Origin: a virus | Taxonomy: Duplodnaviria; Heunggongvirae; Uroviricota; Caudoviricetes | Length of the DNA: 10,606 bases | IMG/VR virus record: IMGVR_UViG_2663762810_000005 | Span: 1-10,606 of that record | Strand: one strand, 5' to 3' | Part shown: in pieces, positions 6,810 through 10,606 of the stretch | Numbering within the stretch: position 1 is the first letter of the stretch | Layout of the letters: every line of letters starts with the position of its first letter | Made by a program: the position numbers and the translations under genes | Notes under the pieces: model-generated | Database searches by the model: none | What the model saw: only the letters and a program-made list of their open reading frames with translations | Told to the model about the DNA's origin: nothing

Positions 6810-7106
6810 TCAGAAGCTATTTGGATTGCTTGGCCATTGCGGCAATTTTGATTCTACTGGGGTGTGTTTGGGTTTGAGTCCGTTTAAGTAGTCAAGGCGC
6901 TCAATGGCGCATTTATACATAGCAATCTGCTCTGATGACATGTCGTCGTATGACATGCCTTTGAACTTTTTAATTATCGATTCTGCCTCATGTATAAGAT
7001 GCTTCTTCCTCATGAGTTCAGCTGTATGCTTAGAGCTTACAGGAGATAACTTTGCCCATATGAAGCAGATGATTACAACAGCGACTACTATGCCGGGTAT
7101 AAACAT
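6810..7106 (-). CDS. Hypothetical small membrane protein immediately downstream of cI (98 aa from ATG 7106; track start is a TTG at 7124)
   Basis: N-terminal TM helix (IPGIVVAVVIICFIWAKL) then about 70 aa of soluble, charged sequence. Lies between the cI stop (7121) and the terminator at 6775..6797, so it would be co-transcribed with cI. Moderately AT-rich. Confidence 0.5.
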   Translation of the reverse strand: MFIPGIVVAVVIICFIWAKLSPVSSKHTAELMRKKHLIHEAESIIKKFKGMSYDDMSSEQIAMYKCAIERLDYLNGLKPKHTPVESKLPQWPSNPNSF

Positions 7107-7120
7107 TTGCTGCTTTATCC

Positions 7121-7807
7121 TCAAACTTTTGGCAGATCGTCCTGGTCTACGTACCTGGTGTGTTTCACAATAGCTGAAACAAAATGCATTTTATCAACTT
7201 CTTCAACAGGAAGAGTGATTGGGCGGTGATCACTGTTTATGCTACTAAACTGATAATCACCGTCTCTTGTTTTGTTCATGATCTTTATCATGTTGTGACC
7301 GTCTTTGGTCCTTACAAAGACTTCATCACCTGGATGTACTGGCGTATTTGGTTCAATAACAACATATTCTCCTGACTGAATCCTTGGCCACATGCTGTCA
7401 CCCTTAACCTTCAGACCGTAAGCATCTTTATCGCCGCTGTAGATGCTTAACCAACCGGATCTGAATTCAATCATATCCACTGAGCCATCAACTCCCAAAA
7501 CGGCTTCACCAATTACCGGAACAAAACCCGCACGAACGTTACCCGCAAACTCAAGATGGTCCGTAGCTCCAGCTTTACCATCTGCAAGCATGTCCATCCA
7601 TCCGCGTGGGAGATTAAAAGATTTTTCAATTAGCTCCATCATATCGTCAGCAATGCGTTTTTTTCCGCTTTTTCCTTCCGGATACAGCATTCTGGAAACG
7701 TATGATGGTTCCCTTTCTATTCGACGAGCCAACTCTGAGGCCTTTCCATTACAGAATCGGTCTCTTATCTCTATCAGCCTTAGTCGTCTTTGTTCGTATT
7801 TATCCAT
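7121..7807 (-). CDS. cI: CI-type prophage repressor (N-terminal HTH plus C-terminal S24 LexA-like autopeptidase domain)
   Basis: 228 aa; HTH-like ASELARRIEREPSYVSRML; C-terminal GDSMWP with a downstream Lys, typical of S24 self-cleaving repressors. Flanked by operator palindromes on both sides. Confidence 0.85.
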   Translation of the reverse strand: MDKYEQRRLRLIEIRDRFCNGKASELARRIEREPSYVSRMLYPEGKSGKKRIADDMMELIEKSFNLPRGWMDMLADGKAGATDHLEFAGNVRAGFVPVIGEAVLGVDGSVDMIEFRSGWLSIYSGDKDAYGLKVKGDSMWPRIQSGEYVVIEPNTPVHPGDEVFVRTKDGHNMIKIMNKTRDGDYQFSSINSDHRPITLPVEEVDKMHFVSAIVKHTRYVDQDDLPKV

Positions 7808-7813
7808 GATTTA

Positions 7814-7842
7814 ATTCTATCTTTGATTACCTGCCGGTAAAT
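7814..7842 (-). promoter_or_regulatory. pRM-like promoter giving a near-leaderless cI mRNA
   Basis: Minus strand -10 TAGAAT (7814..7819) ends 6 nt before the cI ATG; -35 is poor (ATTTAC), consistent with an activator-dependent pRM. Confidence 0.4.
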
Positions 7843-7879
7843 AACCTATGGGTATTGATTTGCTTTTTACCTACAGGTA
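7828..7879. promoter_or_regulatory. OR operators: three 12-bp sites
   Basis: TACCTGCCGGTA (7828..7839), AACCTATGGGTA (7843..7854), TACCTACAGGTA (7868..7879); centre spacings 15 and 25 bp. Arrangement relative to pRM and pR mirrors lambda OR3/OR2/OR1. Confidence 0.55.
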
Positions 7880-7883
7880 AACT
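7855..7883 (+). promoter_or_regulatory. pR promoter (rightward)
   Basis: -35 TTGATT (7855..7860), 17-bp spacer containing an operator, -10 TAAACT (7878..7883); cro ATG follows at 7916 with an AAGGAG SD. Confidence 0.5.
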
Positions 7884-7915
7884 CATCTTATTCAACAACG
7901 GGAAGGAGATAGCAA

Positions 7916-8146
7916 ATGGAAGAACTCCGCTTGTATCTGAACTCCCTTTCACTGGAAGAGCAGAGAGAATTTGCCACCAAGTGCGGAACTTCTATCGGCT
8001 ATTTGAGGAAAGCACTTAGCCGTAATCATGAATTGGGCGCAGCACTTTGTGTTCTGATTGAGAAGTTCAGCAATGGTGAAGTGACTCGCAAAGACCTTCA
8101 TCCGGTTGATTGGGAAAGCATCTGGCCTGAATTAATGGCCGCTTAA
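7916..8146 (+). CDS. cro: Cro-like HTH regulator
   Basis: 76 aa first gene of the pR operon; HTH-like REFATKCGTSIGYLRKAL; strong AAGGAG SD. Called by position and HTH only. Confidence 0.65.
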   Translation: MEELRLYLNSLSLEEQREFATKCGTSIGYLRKALSRNHELGAALCVLIEKFSNGEVTRKDLHPVDWESIWPELMAA

Positions 8147-8153
8147 GTTATTA

Positions 8154-8188
8154 ACGCTCTTACACATCCCCGCCCTGAAAAAGGGCAT
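8154..8188 (+). promoter_or_regulatory. nutR site (boxA plus boxB)
   Basis: CGCTCTTAC (8154..8162), 11 nt, then GCCCTGAAAAAGGGC (8174..8188); near-identical to recalled lambda nutR. Confidence 0.85.
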
Positions 8189-8244
8189 TACCAGAAACAA
8201 ATCTCTATGGTTTTGCGTTTCTTTGCGAAGCCAACTCTATCTAA

Positions 8245-8288
8245 TAATTAAGGAAATTATCTATGGGTACTATTGCAACTAAAAGCAA
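8245..8288 (-). promoter_or_regulatory. pRE-like CII-dependent promoter (leftward) overlapping the cII 5' end
   Basis: GCAA-N6-GCAA on the + strand at 8275..8288 (TTGC-N6-TTGC on minus) within cII codons 4 to 9, the same geometry as lambda pRE; -10-like CATAGATAA downstream on the minus strand. Confidence 0.45.
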
Positions 8289-8544
8289 GAAAGCGGCTCG
8301 CATCGAGTCAGCCTTGCTGAACAAACTGGCACTGATGGGGCAGAAGACATTCGCTCGAGCAATGGGGGTTCCTGAATATCAGGTAAGCCGATGGAAGAAT
8401 GGTTTCTTCTCGCAGGTAAGCATGATGCTGGCTGTTCTGGAATACGGAATCGAAGACGATGAAATGGCTGAGCTGACTAAGCGGCTTGCCAATTACCTGA
8501 CAAAAGAAAAAGCCCCGAAGAACGGCGAATTCTTCGAGGCCTGA
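8263..8544 (+). CDS. cII: CII transcriptional activator
   Basis: 93 aa; ARIESALLNKLALMG...VSRWKNGFFSQVSMMLAVLEYGIEDDEMAEL closely parallels recalled lambda CII (ALRIESALLNKIAMLG...ISRWKRDWIPKFSMLLAVLEWGVVDDDMARL). Confidence 0.85.
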   Translation: MGTIATKSKKAARIESALLNKLALMGQKTFARAMGVPEYQVSRWKNGFFSQVSMMLAVLEYGIEDDEMAELTKRLANYLTKEKAPKNGEFFEA

Positions 8545-8578
8545 TGTAGAAAGACTGGATCAATCCACAGGAGTCATT

Positions 8579-8740
8579 ATGACAAAACGTCGTAAGAAAT
8601 ACCAGGAAAAAGAAGAGATTCGACACCCTGATTCACCTGAGGGATTAGTGGTAGCCGCAGCAAATAACAGGGCGTTCGCAGAGCGCCTTGTTGGTGTTTA
8701 CAGACTAGCCAAAGCAGGAGTGAAGCATGGGCGTCGTTAA
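8579..8740 (+). CDS. Hypothetical small basic protein (53 aa)
   Basis: ATG at 8579 with AGGAG 7 nt upstream; hand translation MTKRRKKYQEKEEIRHPDSPEGLVVAAANNRAFAERLVGVYRLAKAGVKHGRR; 3' end overlaps the start of the replication initiator. Confidence 0.35.
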   Translation: MTKRRKKYQEKEEIRHPDSPEGLVVAAANNRAFAERLVGVYRLAKAGVKHGRR

Positions 8741-9617
8741 GTTAGCTGATTACAGGCATAACCCTGTACAACATCAGGAGGCATCCAGTATGGGGTATGT
8801 CTCTATACACCGCCAGTTTATGGACAGCAGGCTCTATAAGGACTCTCAGGCAGTACATCTTTGGCTTCACTTAATCCTCAAGGCTAATCACGAATCTACT
8901 GTCGTCAATACGGATATCGGTCCGATAACTGTTGATCGCGGTCAGATGATAACTGGACGCCCGTCGCTGGTCAGAGAAACATTCATCCCAGACAACAAAG
9001 TTCGGAGCTTATTACGGACTTTTGAGTCGAAAGGTATGCTTAATATTTGCTCGATGGGGAAGAAATTTAGCCTGTTTACAATCGTTAAATATGACGATTT
9101 TCAGGCAAAAAATTGTCCAACGGTTGTCCAACGGTTGTCCAACGCAAACACCAGTAATGGCGCGGCTCTCAGCGGAGATTGTCCAACGGTTGTCCAACGG
9201 TTGTCCATAAACAATAATATAAATAATATCTCTAATACTGACGTATTAGAGAGTGCCACAGCAGACAAAAAGTCTGACAAGAAAAAACCTTCCGTTAGCT
9301 GTCAGGATGTTGTCGATGCTTACCACGAAATCCTTCCTGAAGCGCCAAGAATCCGCGCACTGAATGACAAGCGTAAAAACCAGATCCGAACGTTCTGGCG
9401 CAAAGCCGGAGTGATAACCCGACAGCTTGACGGGCATGGTTTCACGATGCAGGACTGGAGAAATTATTTGAGCTACGTAGGCGAAAATTGCCGATGGATG
9501 TTCGAAGAGCGCCCAAACCATCAGCGCGGAACCGTCTGGCACAAAAAGGGATTTGATTTCCTGCTTAACGATAATACCTACCTGAAAGTTCGTGAGGGTG
9601 AACACGATGACCGATAA
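8727..9617 (+). CDS. Replication initiator (lambda O / P22 gene 18 analogue) with the origin inside its coding sequence
   Basis: 296 aa; AGGAG SD; position after cII; contains two arrays of 11-bp iterons encoding repeated CPTVVQRLS, then an AT-rich segment, as in lambda ori within O. Confidence 0.7.
   Translation: MGVVKLADYRHNPVQHQEASSMGYVSIHRQFMDSRLYKDSQAVHLWLHLILKANHESTVVNTDIGPITVDRGQMITGRPSLVRETFIPDNKVRSLLRTFESKGMLNICSMGKKFSLFTIVKYDDFQAKNCPTVVQRLSNANTSNGAALSGDCPTVVQRLSINNNINNISNTDVLESATADKKSDKKKPSVSCQDVVDAYHEILPEAPRIRALNDKRKNQIRTFWRKAGVITRQLDGHGFTMQDWRNYLSYVGENCRWMFEERPNHQRGTVWHKKGFDFLLNDNTYLKVREGEHDDR
9113..9209 (+). repeat. Origin iterons: 2 x 3 tandem copies of TTGTCCAACGG (9113..9144 and 9179..9209), separated by 34 bp
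   Basis: Direct tandem 11-bp repeats read in the sequence; followed by an AT-rich stretch and a 10-bp inverted repeat tctctaatac/gtattagaga (9229..9252). Confidence 0.8.
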
Positions 9618-10170
9618 TTTTTATGCGCCGCCCCATAGCATCGAGGCAGAGCAGGCGGTGATTGGTGGATTGCTTCTGGATGATGACAGCAGTGAGCGCG
9701 TCCAGAAGGTTCTGGCGATGCTGAAGCCTGACTCATTTTACAGCCGACCACACAAAATCCTTTTCGAAGAAATAACCAGAATGCACCGGGAGCAAAAGCC
9801 AGTAGATGGCCTGACGCTTTTCGATGAACTGGAGCGTAAATCGTTAACGGCGTCTGTTGGCGGTTTTGCTTATATCGCTGAGATCGCAAAGAACACGCCA
9901 AGCGCAGCAAACATCGTTGCCTATGCAATGCAGGTTCGTGAAACCGCAATGGAACGCTACGCCATCAACCGCATGACTGAAGCGACGGAATTGCTCTATT
10001 CCCGCAACGGAATGACTGCAACGCAGAAGTACGAAGCTATTCAGGCGATTTTCACGCAACTGACAGACCATGCAAAAACCGGATCGCGTCGCGGCCTTCG
10101 CTCATTTGGTGAGGTCATGGAAGACTGGGTTACCAGTCTTCATCGCTGTCACGGTTCAGGGTGTAGTTAA
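9607..10170 (+). pseudogene. DnaB-family replicative helicase gene (P22 gene 12-like), truncated: N-terminal domain only
   Basis: From ATG 9607 (GAGGGTG SD, overlapping the initiator stop): PPHSIEAEQAVIGGLLLD...SVGGFAYIAEIAKNTPSAANIVAYAMQVRE closely matches the recalled E. coli DnaB N-terminal domain. ORF stops after about 188 aa with no Walker-type ATPase domain; homology is lost near 10127. Confidence 0.7.
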
Positions 10171-10606
10171 AGGCGCCGGCCTGAAGCGGGCGACTCAGGG
10201 CAAATGCACCTTCTTCTGTGGTGGCACCATTCTGTGCATCCACAACCCGGATACCCTGTCCGGAGGTTGCCACCCCGAGGTTACTGTTTCCGACATTTGT
10301 AAACGCAAGCCAGGTTTTGCCGGTTGCCTGACCACCATTAATCACCAGCTGGTCAGAGGCATTACTGCCATCAAGGCTAACACGCATATTGATGGTGCCA
10401 CCCTGACCGGTGAGGTTACTGGTTGTCAGTTTATGGAACGTTACCGGGGCGTTGCCTTTTACAACAGCACGGCTCAGTACGGCATCCGGTGTTGTCTGAT
10501 TGTCAAAGTAAATCTCCCCTGCGTTAACAATATCGCCGGTACTGACCACATCACCATTCAGTACCATGCTGGCGCCTTTACTGAGCTGTGTTCTGCCACT
10601 CAGACT
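10130..10606 (-). pseudogene. Autotransporter-type (AIDA-I/Ag43-like) passenger-domain fragment, 3'-truncated; open to the window edge
   Basis: Minus-strand frame is open from 10606 to a stop at 10130; Gly/Thr/Asn-rich beta-helix-like repeats (LVINGGQATGKTWLAFTNVGNS, GIRVVDAQNGATTEEGAFALSRPLQAGAFNYTL) recalled from autotransporter passenger/autochaperone regions; no beta-barrel domain follows. Confidence 0.5.

Larger units (their letters stand above)
1..10132. mobile_element. Lambdoid prophage early region (xis side through replication genes); right boundary is a rearrangement junction near 10127..10133
   Basis: Lambda-like gene order and orientation: xis, leftward pL operon with N/cIII/kil/recombination genes, cI flanked by operators, rightward cro-nutR-cII-O-helicase. 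nutL/nutR boxA/boxB match recalled lambda sequences. Confidence 0.85.

Noticed and set aside
6261-7814. Plus-strand track ORFs 6261..6443, 6904..7173, 7184..7375 and 7443..7814
   Set aside because: Antisense to N, the cI-adjacent membrane ORF and cI, which are strongly supported.
9113-9209. Tandem 11-bp repeats that could superficially suggest a CRISPR array
   Set aside because: Units are 11 bp with no unique spacers, lie inside a coding sequence where they encode a repeated peptide, and are followed by an AT-rich region: classic origin iterons.
9012-10071. Track ORFs 9012..9197 (-), 9022..9210 (+), 9246..9605 (-), 9578..9949 (-) and 9844..10071 (-)
   Set aside because: They overlap the well-supported initiator and DnaB-like coding frames; 9022..9210 is the iteron region read in another frame.
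1-10606. tRNA genes, attachment-site repeats or an integrase within the window
   Set aside because: No cloverleaf-like candidates or att-type duplicated core sequences were apparent by eye; the integrase and attachment site are presumably beyond the left edge. This was not checked computationally.

Overview
This window reads as the early/immunity region of a lambdoid (lambda-like) enterobacterial prophage, probably defective. All calls come from reading the sequence and from recalled protein motifs; no database search was run, so family assignments are recollections and coordinates are hand-derived. Layout, left to right: an excisionase-like gene at the left edge (integrase presumably beyond position 1); a long leftward pL operon of tightly packed, often overlapping genes (Lar-family, Ea22-like, SSB, Rad52-type annealing protein, Kil-like, cIII-like, N); a lambda-type nutL and pL/OL; the cI repressor with divergent pRM/pR and three OR operators; then rightward cro, nutR, cII, a replication initiator with internal iterons, and a DnaB-like helicase gene that breaks off at about 10130 against a convergent, truncated autotransporter fragment. 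N and both nut sites look lambda-like, whereas the operators (12-bp TACCnnnnGGTA palindromes) and repressor are not lambda's, so the immunity region is mosaic. The two best candidates for undescribed accessory or defence functions are (i) an AT-rich two-gene cassette with its own terminator between N and cIII (5488..6150) and (ii) a small membrane protein immediately downstream of cI (6810..7106). Neither has a recognisable family and both sit at classic lambdoid exclusion/moron positions.
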